Assembly (NCBI GenBank): GCA_964016885.1
Contig: OZ024742.1
Coordinates: 216,628,001-216,692,000, forward strand
DNA: 64,000 bases
Direction: 5' to 3'
DNA from: Eledone cirrhosa
Lineage: Eukaryota
Each line of letters opens with the position of its first letter. The stretch's first letter is position 1. The translations under genes and the position numbers were made by a program. Positions 12,702 to 25,440 of this stretch are shown piece by piece. The notes beneath the pieces are model-generated. The model ran no database searches. It worked only from the letters and a program-made list of their open reading frames with translations, and was not told where the DNA came from.

Positions 12702-15700
12702 TTCTTTATTTGCCACAAGGGCGCACAAGAAAAGGGGACAATACAAAGACATGCCGGGGATTTTACATACAGTCGTGTAAAAAATATAAAAACAAACAAT
12801 TACAACAATCGAAATCCCCAATAGGGGGGAAGCGCCACAAATGGGTTGTTTAATACCCCCTCGATAGAACAACCCTCAACTCAAGGAGCGTGTTGTGCAA
12901 GTGCTCCTTTCTCCTTTTGCTCTCTACTGCAACCTACAGGCTTATAAACAGAGAAGGCCCAATCACTCGGGCTATTTTCGCTTCATTCACCCATCTTTCA
13001 GTAAATTTACTGGGGTGCAGTGTTTCTCTCTCTCCACTTTGATTCTCCTTCTAAAGTGATACTTAAAGAAGGGTTTCAATTGTTGTCCGGAGAGAAAGGC
13101 ATCTGTCCTCAGTCCTCTCAACCTCGTCCACCATATAACTTCTTTCACCATAGCCACCGTACAGAGGAAAACCGCCTCTCTTTCGTTTTTGAAAGAGGCT
13201 GGTAGTTTGATCTTTACTATGGACTTGGCAGTCAACTGGATTTGTCCCATACACGACAGCAGTTGTTCTGCATAGTTCCACAGGTCGGTTACGCCCGGGC
13301 AGTGTACAATTGCGTGCAGGACTGTTTCAATGTCCTGCGCGCATCTTGGACACGTCCTCTTGGAAGGATCCCTGCCGGGGCGTCCGTGCCTGTAGATCTT
13401 GTCACAAACCGGTAGAGCTCCTCGGTAGCACTGCCAGGCCAGGGACCTCTGGAAGTTGTCCATAGGTCCCGGGTGGAAAGTCCTACCAAACAGACTGGTG
13501 AGCTCATCGTCTTCGACGCCCAGAGTCTCTCCGAGCACGTCGTCGCCCTTGTAACGTACAATCTCTCTATAGAATGTCGAAGTGGAGTCTCCACTGATTG
13601 CTGCGCCCGCTTGCCAGAGGACTGTGAGCGTCTGAGCGCATTCAATGTGCCAGGCGCCCATGGTTTTCGGTCTTTTCTTGACCCAGGACTGCAGCTCCGT
13701 CAACGAGACGAGCTGTGGGGAAGCCTGTCTCACAAACGGTGCCCACACCGGTTGGGGGTCGGTGAAGAATACCTGGAGATGCCGCAGCCTCAGCGCATGT
13801 TTGCGCATCATCAGCCACGGCATTCCAGGCCTCCGTTGGAAGGGTGCTGACAGCAGACGGATCTCCTCACCAGCGTAGCCTACTTCTTCCACAGAGACTG
13901 CAAGAGCATGCGTTCCATCTTGGCGAGGTGTTCACGGGGACAAGGCACGACAGTCAAGCGGTAGTAGATGACGGACGCTATGAAAGTGTTCGCCACCTCC
14001 GCTCGACCTTTCAAGGACAGTTTGCACTCTGCCCACTTCTGGGTGAGTGCAAACACCTTGGCCGTGACCTCGTTCTAGTTTTTTTCCACCTGGAGATCAG
14101 GACCGAACCAGATCCCGAGCAATTTCACCGGTCCGTCCGTCCAGCGTCCAATGACGCTGTCGGACGTCATCGGTTTGCCTCTGTTGAGCAGAGTTATGGG
14201 CCTAAGTTGTTAATTTCGTCCCCCTTGTTCTCATCTTTTCGGATCAGCGTTACTACGCCCTTGCAGTAGACGGCTTCGAGGACGCCAGAGAACAAGTCCG
14301 GCATGCCTATGTAAAACACGTAGGGTAGACCATCTAGACCGGGTGACTTGCGTTTCCCGCAGCGGCCCAGAGCGTCCCGTATCTCAGTGTCCGTGATCGG
14401 TCTTTCGCAGAACTCGGCATCCGTGTTCGAGAGACGCGGCAGGGCGTCGATGTATGAACTAAAGTCCATTGCCCCGTTCGGCTCACCGTCGTTCTGCTCA
14501 AACAGTCGCGCAAAGTGCCGCTGAAAGGCCGCGCACATTTGCTTAGAATCATATATATCAAGTAGCACGCGTCCGTTTTGGTCTTTCAAAGACCGAATCG
14601 TGGACTTGTTGCCACTTTTTGCCTCCACCACTCGGGCCCAGCTGACAGCTTTCGCTCCTTCGTTTCCTAGAGCATGTATTTTTCTTCTGACCACGCAGCC
14701 TTCGTGTTTCGCATCGAAGAACTGGCCCAGTGCCGTTCTCGACGCGTTGCCACTTCTAAGTGCCTCCTCTACCTTGGCTACTAGTTCTCTTTCTATTCTG
14801 TTTTTCTCTAAGGCTAACTCTCTGCTATACATTATCGATTCTATTCTAATTGCTTTCTTGAGAGAGTACCACCATCTATTGTTGACGATGGCTCCCGTTA
14901 ACTGTTGCTTGACTAGTCTACTTATCCGTTCACTGTAAGCTTTACTTGCCGGCAACGACACGTTCAGCTTCCAGTATCCGGGTCCCTGTCTATGTATTCT
15001 ATCACGGTTGACTAAGCAGACGACTAACTTGTGATCTGAATAGGCAACCATGTGCATTCGTGAACAGCTTAACATCTCCTTATCCCTTTCTCTAATGAAG
15101 AACCTATCTAAATACGATCTAGATGTCCCACTGCGGTTTGCCCACGTCCACTGTGGTGCAGTCGGAAAATCCAGTCGATACCTATCGGCCAGTTGGAATT
15201 GGCCGATTCAAGTTTTGAGGCTGTTGCACCCCGCTCTACTGGTACATGCTCCCACATAATCCCATCGTGCATCTAGGATACCATTCCAGTCCCCCACTAG
15301 AAGTAAGGAGCGAGACGTTCCCAGAAAAGACCCTAGATGCATAAAGAAGTCTGGCCGTGATTGCGATTGCCCGGTCGGGGCATAAACGGCCACCAGTCTG
15401 AAGGCTCCACCTCCAATACTGTTCACGTCTAGGACTACCAGTCTACCCTCCGGGTCCAAGTGTACTTGCTGTACTTCGACGTCCATGTTCTTCAGAAACT
15501 TGACAGCCACTCCACCTCCACCTCCTGGTTGACAGATAGATGCGTAGATCTCAAAGTCGTTGAAGATGGGGGTTAGTTGCTGCCTGTTGTGGATCCTGGA
15601 CTCGGTGATGGCTATCACATCCATACTGTGTGACCTAAGGTCGTTTAAAAGTTGGCCCTGTTTCCAGGGCATCCCTAGGCCACGCACATTCACGGTTCCA

Positions 15701-15825
15701 ACTCGTAAACTAGCCATGTTGGTGAAGAAAAGTTGGAGAAAAAGGACGAAAGGTGCACTGTAGAGCTTGTCTCGAACTGGTGGAGCTCCTCGGTAGCACT
15801 GCCAGGCCAGGGACTTTTGGAAGTT
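12700..15825 (-). mobile_element. Tx1/L1-clade LINE ORF2, internally deleted and frameshifted
   Basis: APE endonuclease (TVNVRGL, ITES, VYAP, GDWN, SDH), GYWKLN, KSPGLDGLP, then a gap in the RT core, then zf-RVT (CPRC...ETVLHAIVHC). (GATA)n at both ends. Confidence 0.92.
15208..15717 (-). pseudogene. LINE apurinic-like endonuclease N-terminus
   Basis: MASLRVGTVNVRGL...DVIAITES...AVYAP...LVGDWN. Confidence 0.9.
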
Positions 15826-15857
15826 GATAGATAGATAGATATATAGATAGGTATATG

Positions 15858-15951
<94 letters not shown>

Positions 15952-15952
<1 letters not shown>

Positions 15953-16800
15953 TCCTACAATTGACTATATTTCAATTGAGTCAATAATGGAGAAAAGATT
16001 ATAACTTTGCCTATTAATCCGTATGGTGAGCAAATGGGGTCCCACGTGATGGCCTCCCCACAACCCCGAAGGACAGGATGGAGAAGGCGTTTCCCCGGAG
16101 GATGGTAAGGGAGATGCGCTGGAAGAGCCATTCCAACTCGCGAGGCTCCCACTTACGGCTGGCCAGCTCAGCGCCTATGGTGGGGAATAGCGAGGTAGCC
16201 CCAAGGCCAAGGACACCAGAAGTCTCCACTGCCAAGGGCACGACCGCGGACATGTCGGAGAGCGACCTGTACTTGGAGAGTTTCGCTTCCTCAGTCCGAC
16301 GCGCAGCAGTACCTGGGTTAGTCGCAGACTGCACCAGTTTGTGGCTGGAGAAAGTGTCGCTGCAAGGGGTATCCCAGACGAGGGGTTGGTCACCGGGGAA
16401 CGGGAAGATGGTCATACCGTCTGGCCTTTTGCCGATTCCGAGGTCCAGCCCCACCGGCTCGAGCTGGAAGGGGAAGCCTGCAGCGTCCAAGCCATGCATA
16501 ATGACCTCGTTGAGGGCAGAAGAGCGTGGAAGACGGCCGGCACTGTGGTGACAGGAAAGCGGGTGGAGGCCGAAAGAGTCCATGGTGGATCCACAGCGAC
16601 ATTTATGTGGCTCGCAGATCCGGAGTCCAAGCCTCAAGGAAACGCCGATGCGCAGGCTATCGTCATTCAGCTGCGTGCCAGTGGGGAAAGAGGGCAAGGC
16701 ATGGAGCCAGGCACCACTGTGGGGTTTGGAGGCCGCGCGAAAACAGGAAAGGCGGTGCTGGTCGAGCTGGCACGTGAGTCTGTCTGAGGCCAGGCTATAC
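15952..16800 (-). mobile_element. 3' end of RLE-type (CRE-like) non-LTR retrotransposon
   Basis: ORF 16014-16871 has SGAWLHALP, CRCG...HPLSC zinc knuckle, RPDG, WD, E..KLSKY, PLAVETSG, QRIS..ILRGNA. Bounded by GATA/GACA repeats. Confidence 0.85.
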
Positions 16801-16896
16801 ATAGACAGACAAACGGACAGATAGAGAGAGAGAGAGAAGGGATACTGACAGACAATCTCGCTGTCAAACAAATAAATAGTTAACTAGATACATTAA

Positions 16897-19567
16897 TTTC
16901 TTTATTAGCCACAAGAGCACAAAAGAAGGGGACAAATACAAATGGGCAGTTTACATAGAGGTATATGAACATAAAACTATTAATAAAATAACAAATTACA
17001 ATGAAATCCCTAATTGGGGGGAATCGTTACACAGGGGTTGTACACATCCCGAAAAAATGTACAACCCTCATCTCCAGGAGCACCAAGAGTAAGTACTCCC
17101 CTCCTCTCTTCCTCTTTTTCCTCAACCTACAGGCTTATATAGAAAGAAGGCCCAACCACTCGGGCCATCTATGCCAGATTCACCACCTTTCATAAAATTT
17201 GCTGGGGTACAATCCATCAGATGTACCGTCTGTGTTACGAGGTCCAGGTGCTTTCGCAGCAAAACGGCAAGCCCCTCTCCCACCTCCCGGCTGACAAACA
17301 GATGCGTAGATCTCAAAGTCGAAGATGGGGGCCAGTTGTCGCTAGCTGTAGATCCTGGACTCGCAAATGGCTACTACATCCATACTGTGCGACCTGAGGT
17401 CGTTTAAGAGTTTGCCCTGTTTCCAGGGCATCCCCAGGCCGCGTACATTCACACATCCAACTCTTATATTGGCCATGCTGGTGCTGAAAAGTTAAAAGAA
17501 GAGGAAAAGAAATCACTCACCTCTTCGTCTCCTGGGGACTAGGCTGCACGATTTCCATGGGGGTATTGGAGGGGTTGTTTGGTGGGGTGGTGGTTTCTGG
17601 AGGGGTGTGGACGGAGATGTTTGGTGGGGAGGGGTGTCTGGTGGGATCGGGGGTGTCTGGGGTCGGGGTCCGGAAACATTTTTAAAGGACGCGGTTAATG
17701 GGTTTAACGCAAGGATTACCCACGTCCTTAGGAAAGTTTTTCTTTAAAGACTTATAGGTGTCCGTAGAGACCCTAATCATCTTTAAATTGGGTCTGTCTA
17801 CACAGTTCGAAAAAGTTTCGGTGATGACCTTCATTAAGGCTTTGTTTTCACTGTTTATGTATGTGTAATGTTCTTGTTGTGTTGTGTTAGTTTTTGTCTG
17901 TTGTTCTTGTGTGTTTTCGTTTTGTTGTAGGTGTTTGTATTTCGAGTGTTGTCGTTGTTTTGTTTTCGGGAGGGGGGATTTTTGTTTGTAATGTTTGTGT
18001 TGTTTGTGTTGGTGGTTGTGTGTTTGTTGCCTTTTTGTTCATGTTATGTCTTTTTTTCTTTTTTTTGGCGCGGAGGGGTTCTCCCTCATCATGACTGAGT
18101 GATGACGAGGGGCCTTCGTCCGTTGTGGTGTCTGTTTGATTGGGGAGGAGTACGTTTTGGGAAGATGTTGTGCTTGTGGGTGTTTTGGGACTTGTTTTAG
18201 GTGGGGAGGGGTTAGGTGGGACTGTGTTTGCGGTTTAATTTGTTTTGGTTATTTTTGTGTGTTGTTGTTGTTGTTGTGGTGGTGGTGGGAGTGGGGTGGT
18301 GGTGGGGTGGGGTGGGGTGGGGTGGGGGTGGGTGGGGTGGGTGTTGTTGTGTTGGGTGTCGGCAGTAGTGCCTTTTTATCGCAGTTAATTGAGGACAGGA
18401 AGCCCTCAGGTGACCACTGCTTAAACAGTGGTAACATGAAGGCCGCCTACCCTCAACAGAAATGTTTATGTAGGAAACTCCATCCAGAGGCACACGTTGT
18501 GGGATTCTAACTATTCGTTTTGGCCTCATTTGGACCAGAGCTTCTAAGTTAATACCGTTAAATATACTCCTGGAGGACTTTCCTACCGAAATTATTGTGT
18601 CTTCATCAAAGTTGATAAAGCCACTCAATATCCACCAGATATTTACATGTGGTGTGATACTCGTTACCTTTATTTTGGGGGTCCTTTTCCCATATATGTG
18701 GGGGAAAAGGGAATATTTCTGTGCCGTTAAGTGGTCTTTCATTATTACCGATAAACTCCTGAAGAGTTTTCCCTTCTGTATGAGGGTAATGTCCTTCATG
18801 GAGTTTCTTAGAACCAGCTCAGTTTCATTTTGAGTTAATTGAGCTGGTTTTCTGGTGGTATTTGAGATCGTCCTGAAAACTATAGTTTTCAGGACAGTTT
18901 CTCTACGCAATTCTTGGGGAGAAGTGATGCTAAAAGCGCCGTCCTCCTCAAAAGTTATGTATTGCTTGGCATCTCTTAGCAATTCTCCGGCATTAGAGAT
19001 GTCAATCTGTGTATATAGTTCTGTCTTTTGGACAGTCTGTGTCAACGAAATTGTTTCTTTTTTTTGTGGAGTTGTTCTTGTTGGTGTTGTTGTCATCATT
19101 GTTGCTGTTGTTGGTGTTGGTGTTGTTGCTGGTGCCGCTGGTTGTGTTGTTTTTGTTCATTGTTTCACACTTTTGGTTTTGGTTTGTTGCCATGGCAACG
19201 TCAAGTTGTTGGTTAGCAGGTGGACAAAATTCTTCCTCTGGCTGACCTTTGTCTGAGACATCTGCTTCTATGACAGTGGAAGGGGGAGTCTGTAAGCATA
19301 TCTTCCCCTTTCCTCCTTTGAATGTTGGTGAAGAAGCTGTTATTGCTTCAACCATTCTTTTTTTTAAACGTTAGTTTTTCCAAAAATAATTTTTAATGAA
19401 CTATTTCGCCTAAAGGCGTAGACTATTTTGAGAGACTGACGAGATCAAAATTTGACCTGGCAGTCCCTCTACAAGTTGGTATAAAAAAGAAGGTTCACAG
19501 TCAAGAATTTCTATAGAAATTTAAGCAGAACTTACCCACCAAGTTTCAGGCGTGTGTCCATCCCAGA
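16897..19567 (-). mobile_element. Internally deleted Tx1-like LINE (ORF1, start of EN, 3' end)
   Basis: ORF1 with CYHCLSSGHLRASC zinc knuckle (18212-19355). 17300-17480 matches the EN start at 15530-15725, joined to a 3' end at 16897-17240. Confidence 0.75.
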
Positions 19568-19600
19568 GATAGATAAATAGACAAGGCGACAGACTCAGAC

Positions 19601-19639
<39 letters not shown>

Positions 19640-20077
19640 TAGATAAATTCAAACAAGTTAAGAGATGTATCCTCCTGATAATGTCACTTGTTTCTAGTAT
19701 CCATCATAAGGTGATTAGCATATATAAATTTCAGGTCTCAGGTGAATGCTGAATCCATTATTTAGCTAGGAAAAAAGACATTGACAGTCTACCTCAAGTA
19801 AGATTAGTGAACTAAACGGATTGAATATTTTTATGCAGCCAAATTTAAAAACTGATGTGACGAACGAAGGGGTATGTTAGACATATAATGATATATGCTA
19901 TACAGATGGTAAACGCTATCTAAAGCAGCCATTATTCGGGGATTCGAGTGAAATGTTAAAGTTACTTGTTGGTATAGTTTGTGGTTGGTTAACTACCCTT
20001 CACTGTGTATAACTAGTACACATTTTGAATTTGTGATAGATTCCAAGAAAATTATAAAGGGTTCAAAGTAATAACCA

Positions 20078-20114
<37 letters not shown>

Positions 20115-20192
20115 TATGTGTGTGGGCGGTGGTGCGTGTGTGTGTTCGTATATATATATATTAATATTTAATAAAAAATGGCTTCTACAGGA

Positions 20193-20338
20193 CTATGTAT
20201 TGAGTAACTTACTGTGGTTACCCCCGATCGAACCCGGGATACACACGCATATATATATAGTTCTTGTCTGATTATCCTGTGATAAACAAGTTAAACTCCA
20301 GAATAACAAGACTCATTTTTTAGTCTTAATAATAATGA

Positions 20339-20373
<35 letters not shown>

Positions 20374-20429
20374 CGTTATTCCGGGTTGAATCGGAGGTAA
20401 CCACAGTAAGTAAGGTACTCAATACATAG
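20193..20429. repeat. Inverted pair of ~50-bp cassette ends
   Basis: 20193-20241 is approximately the reverse complement of 20377-20429. Confidence 0.75.
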
Positions 20430-20440
20430 CAGAGTATAAC

Positions 20441-20566
20441 AGTTTTAATATAGATGAGATTCTACAGGACTAGAACTGTTTCATTCATTAGAAATCATCA
20501 GATTCCTGATGATTTCTAATGAATGAAACAGTTCTAGTCCTGTAGAATCTCATCTATATTAAAACT
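20441..20566. repeat. Perfect 61-bp-arm palindrome with 4-nt loop
   Basis: 20441-20501 is the reverse complement of 20506-20566. Loop is attc. Confidence 0.95.
20500..20550 (+). ncRNA. Type I hammerhead (family C, GUA triplet)
   Basis: agattc-CTGATGA-t-ttc-taat-gaa-t-GAA-acag-ttctagtc-ct-GTA-gaatct. Confidence 0.7.
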
Positions 20567-20597
20567 ATATATATATATATATATATACATAGGATTT

Positions 20598-20657
20598 TTT
20601 CGTTCTGAGGATTGAAAGCAAAACCTTTTGCTTTAAAGAAACCACTGGTAAATGGAA
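20598..20657 (+). ncRNA. Type I hammerhead (family D)
   Basis: ttcgtt-CTGAGGA-ttgaaagcaaaa-cc-ttttgctttaaa-GAAAC-cactg-GTA-aatgga. Confidence 0.75.
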
Positions 20658-21963
20658 TAATTGCCTTATGTTGTTTAGTGGTTGGCAGAGGTTATGGGTG
20701 GGATATATATATATAGATATATATGTGTGTGTGTGTATGTATGTATATATGTAGTATGTATGAATGTATTACATGTAAAGATATATTTATGTAGTTGAAG
20801 TTCCTAAATACAATGGCAAATTCTATTCTGATGGTTTCTTCCCACATACATCTCGCCTATGGAATTCTCTTATGGTTTCTTGCTTTCAATAGGCAACAGC
20901 AGCATGAGTTGTCATCTTTCTCCTTGAATCATGTCCTTTCTGTCTTATTTTTCTCTCTTCTCAATAACCCCTTGCATTTCAGTGGCTTCAATCCCTTGCT
21001 TAGTGTGAGCAAATACACCCGCGCGCGCACGCACATACACATATATATATGTGTTTGTGATTGTGTGTGGGGGGGAGGAGGGGGGGGGGGGTATCCGAAG
21101 CTGAGATATTATGAATCATTGGGTCAAGTTTCACGTTCCTAATCTAATCTTAAACAACCGAAGAATAAGCAATGAGAAACTCTAAGAAGCTTATATGTAG
21201 GGCGTATTTATACTGGTGAGAGTGTGTGTTAATAGTTGGGTATGATATCCATTAGAAAATAAGCGATAGAGAATATATTTCTAATAAATGTAAGGAGCGA
21301 AAGAGGGAGAGGTTAGAAGGAAGGAAACTAAAAGCTAAATAGAGCAAAAACAAACGAAAATACAGAAACGAATCAAATAATAATAAGAAAACCCGAGAAA
21401 GTGGAGAAATCTATTGTAACTTAACCAAAGCCATCAGTGTTGTAAAATTCTTTACATCCAGTTACATTCGATTAGAATCTTGTTACTATGGTGACAAGTA
21501 TATCGCTGTCTTCATGGAGTTGTCAAGACAACGCTATAAAATGACATGATTTTTCACTGTTTAGATTCGTTGATAATACATGCTACAATAATGATGAGAA
21601 GATTCCCACCGACCTTCATACAACCGTTAAGATGGCCGCTAATTATTTAGTCGCAGTTAATTTGTTGAAGTCATTTCATGTGTGTCTGTGTTTTTCACGT
21701 ACTTATGTATGTGTATATGTATGTATATATAAATGTATGTATGTATATATAAATATATGTATGTATTATGTATGTATGCATGTATGTGTGTATGCATGTA
21801 CGTATGTATGTATGTGTCAGTGTGTGTATGTATATGTAAGCAATGTTAGATGTGTGTATGTCTGCCTGTCTGTATGGAATTATATAGCTATATGCTTGGA
21901 ATATATGACAGACATGCTCCTTTGAATGTGTGTATATACTATGTATTCTGTTTCTCTCTTTCC

Positions 21964-22025
<62 letters not shown>

Positions 22026-22093
22026 GTACATATATACATACATATATATATATGCCTGGGTGTATGTGTATAAACACACTCACACACACACAC

Positions 22094-22142
<49 letters not shown>

Positions 22143-22544
22143 TGTAAGTGTGTGTGATTGTATGTGTGTGTATGTGTGTTATTGTATGGGTGTGTGTGCT
22201 GAAATTCTCGGCTATGTGAAGAAAAACCCCCAGGGTTGGTTCAATGAGAATGATAAGGATATATAAAAGATCTTGCAGAAGAAGAGAAAGGTTTTGTTCA
22301 GCCTACTTAATGAGACATAATGTTGTGGAGAAGATTAGGCCGGTAGGCGGCGTAAAAGCAATCACAGTGAGTACAAGAAGAATGGTATCAAGGCATATCT
22401 TTGCACTATGTGATAGGGAAGGTTATGTGCAGGATTTTGTTGGATCAGTTGCTTCGCACATTGCCAGAATTGTGGGGATGCTGAAATATGTACCTGAAAA
22501 TCAATACAGAGAGCCTAATACCTTTGTGTACGGGAAGCGCCTTT

Positions 22545-22722
22545 GAGTAGCAGAAAAGTTTGTTTACATTAGAAGCAATGTGGACAGATATTGCTATATG
22601 GATGATGGGGGGAATTTCAGAATTCAGATAGCAAGTCATGCTTTTGGAAAGTTTGAGGTGCGTCTATGATCCCAACATGGGATCTCACTGCAATCGAAAG
22701 TGTACAATGCATGTGTTCTCTG
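22545..22722 (+). mobile_element. Degraded RTE LINE fragment
   Basis: Translates to ASHAFGKFEVRL*SQHGISLQSKVYNACVL, the RTE post-RT motif. Confidence 0.65.
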
Positions 22723-22812
22723 CCTTTCCTCCTTACGGAGTCGATAAAATAAAGCACCAGTAATACACTGGGATAATTGCTGGCCTTGTGCCAAAAGCAG
22801 AAGCAATTATTG
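22722..22812 (+). mobile_element. 3' half of main tRNA-SINE
   Basis: gcctttc...gtcgataaaataaagcaccagt...ggccttgtgccaaaag. Confidence 0.75.
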
Positions 22813-22896
22813 TACACTTAAAAAAACATGGATAAGTCTCAAAAGGATTGCTGTAATTTAGGGGAGCCACTACATATGAGATGCTGAGGTTCTTCA

Positions 22897-22958
22897 GAGA
22901 ACGCAGTGCGAGAGAACGCAGTGCGAGAGAACGCAGTGCGAGAGAACGCAGTGCGAGA
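22897..22958 (+). repeat. 15-bp minisatellite, 4 copies
   Basis: (gagaacgcagtgcga)4. Confidence 0.95.
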
Positions 22959-23339
22959 GCATCGAATCTATGATTCAAAATACAACCTCGTAAGCCAAGC
23001 AAGTGATATAAAGCTTGTCTCTATATCAATAAACATCAATCTCCCCCCTCTCTATATCTCATATACAACACACTCTCCTAACCTTCCTCCCTATATCAAT
23101 TACCACCAAACCCTCCGTCTCTCTATATCTATATCTATCTCTCCCAACAATCTCTACACAACATGTACATAAATTGTAGCGCATATACAAATAGATGTGT
23201 TTTGGCAGTTTGGGGAGAAAAATATAATTATGATGGGAGTCATTGTTCCCTTTCCTCCAGTTCCACCGCCCCTGCTTGAAATATGTGTAAGGAATTGAAA
23301 ATGATTTAAAAGCTAGTTTGTCCATGTATATATTTGATT

Positions 23340-23370
<31 letters not shown>

Positions 23371-23388
23371 AATACACAAACACACACG

Positions 23389-23459
<71 letters not shown>

Positions 23460-23580
23460 TAAATTTCTATTATTCTATCATCTTGACCACTTACTACCTT
23501 TCTATTGGTCAATTCAAAACCTGTTCCCAAACAGACCTATTATATTAAATCTTTGTTGGTTTTTTTTCAATAAACAAATA

Positions 23581-23717
23581 TCATTATTTCTGAAGACAGC
23601 ATATATATGTGTAGGTATGTATATTCCCTCTGATAGTTTGTAAACATTTTACATAGATCTATATGATATACATACCAACACACACATATATATCCTAGAA
23701 ACGATCGTAAATGATGA
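23581..23717 (+). ncRNA. Type I hammerhead with ~100-nt stem II (family E)
   Basis: tcattattt-CTGAAGA-...atatatatgtgt.ggtatgtatat/atatacatacc..acacatatatat...-GAAAC-GATC-GTA-aatgatga. Confidence 0.65.
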
Positions 23718-23768
23718 ATTTTTTAATATAAGGAACTGTTTCTTTGTTTTTATTCATTATTTTTATTA

Positions 23769-23813
<45 letters not shown>

Positions 23814-24230
23814 AAAACACCGCCACCCACCATATCTGCTAGTGTGCATACTGATTTTATATGCAAAAATACATGCATGTAGATATGATACGTCAAATAA
23901 AATCGTAATTGAAAATATGCAGAGAAATTGAAGAGAGACTGTGTTACACTCTCTTCTGTAATCAGTAAAGTAATCCATTAAATTAATTAATCCAGTAATA
24001 CATTATAAAGGACGATATTATATATAAACTGCATTACGGGGAAATTTTATGAAAACGAAAAAGAAGAAAATTAGCGACCTAACTATAAACCTTATATAAC
24101 GATGCAAATATATGAACGTTTACATAAGCGATGTAATAAGTGTTATGATATAACGGACACTAACCGGAAGTGTAGACATTTGAAAATTTTAAAAGAAGTG
24201 AATCTTAAAATAAGCAATCATTATATATAA

Positions 24231-25440
24231 AATCCCGCCGAGGTTAACTTTGCCTTTCATCCTTACGTGGTCGATAAAATAAAGTACCAGTAATACACTG
24301 AGTAATTGGTAACCTTGTGCCAAAAGTAGAATCAATTATATATAAGAATATTTATGTTTAATCAACAGCTACGAAATTGTGTACATAAATTATGTAATAG
24401 TCATTCATTCGATAAAATAAAGTACCAGTAATACCCTGGGGTAATAGCTGCCCTTGTGCCAAAAGTAGAAACAATCATTTATTCAAAGGGGCGGTGAATT
24501 GGCAGTATCGGTAGAGGGTTCGACGCCATGCTTTCCATCATAGTTACGCCCCTTTGCGAACTGAGTTCAAATCCCGCCGAGGTTAACTTTGCCTTTCATC
24601 CTTACGTGGTCGATCAAATAAAGTACCAGTAATGTACTGGGATAATTGGTGGCCTTGTGCCAAAAGTAGAAACAATTATTTATTCAAAGTAATCCAACTT
24701 ATTTTACTAACGGGATAAAAGAATATATTCAGGGGGCAGTCCCGCACTCCTCAATTTATTATATTATGATTCGGCAGATTCATCGAGTGAGCTAGACGCT
24801 GACCGGAGACCGTTGAATTAATACCAGCGTAATATAAATAGGTAGTAAACAACTGACGAAGGGAGACTGTCCATCTCTTGTTCGTGTCGCCTTACCTTCT
24901 AATATATAGGTAAATTATTACATATGTGTAATGAGGGCGGTGTACTGGCAGTATCGGTAGAGGGTCGGACGCCATGCTTTCCAGCATAGTTACGTCCCTT
25001 AACGATCTGAGTTCAAATCCCGCCGAGGTTGACTTCGCCTTTCATCCTTACGGGGTCGATAAAATAAAGTACCAGTAATGCACTGGGTAATTGCTGGCCT
25101 TGTGCCTAAAGTAGAAACAATTATTGTATATATGTAAGAATGGCTGTATGGCTATATTATATTTTCATCAGAAGAAGAATTTTAACTTCAATTTATTATG
25201 ATTTGTATCAGGGCGGTAGATTGGCAGTATCGGTGGAGCGTCGGACACCATGCTTTGCAACATAGAGTTACGGTCATTTACGGTCTGAGTTCAAATCCCG
25301 CCGACGTTAACTTTGCCTTTCATCCTTACGGAGTAGATAACATAAAGTACCAGTAACGTACTGGGGTCGATTTAATCGACTCCCCCCCCCCCCAAAAAAA
25401 AAAATTAGTGGCCTTGTGCTTATACTAGAAATCATTATCA
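24231..25440 (+). mobile_element. Cluster of five tRNA-SINE copies (24231-24340, 24410-24480, 24489-24682, 24935-25125, 25211-25440)
   Basis: ggcggtg..tggcagtatcggtagag (A box), gagttcaaatcc (B box), ctttgcctttcatccttacg..gtcgataaaataaagtaccagt. Resembles the abundant octopod SINE. Confidence 0.88.

Noticed and set aside
22897-22958. CRISPR-like repeat
   Set aside because: A spacerless 15-bp minisatellite in eukaryotic DNA.
24489-24580. tRNA gene
   Set aside because: The A and B boxes belong to a multi-copy SINE head, with no complete cloverleaf.
24845-24915. CTGACGA-aggg...cctt possible hammerhead between SINEs
   Set aside because: GAAA and the cleavage triplet cannot be assigned. At best a heavily decayed relic.
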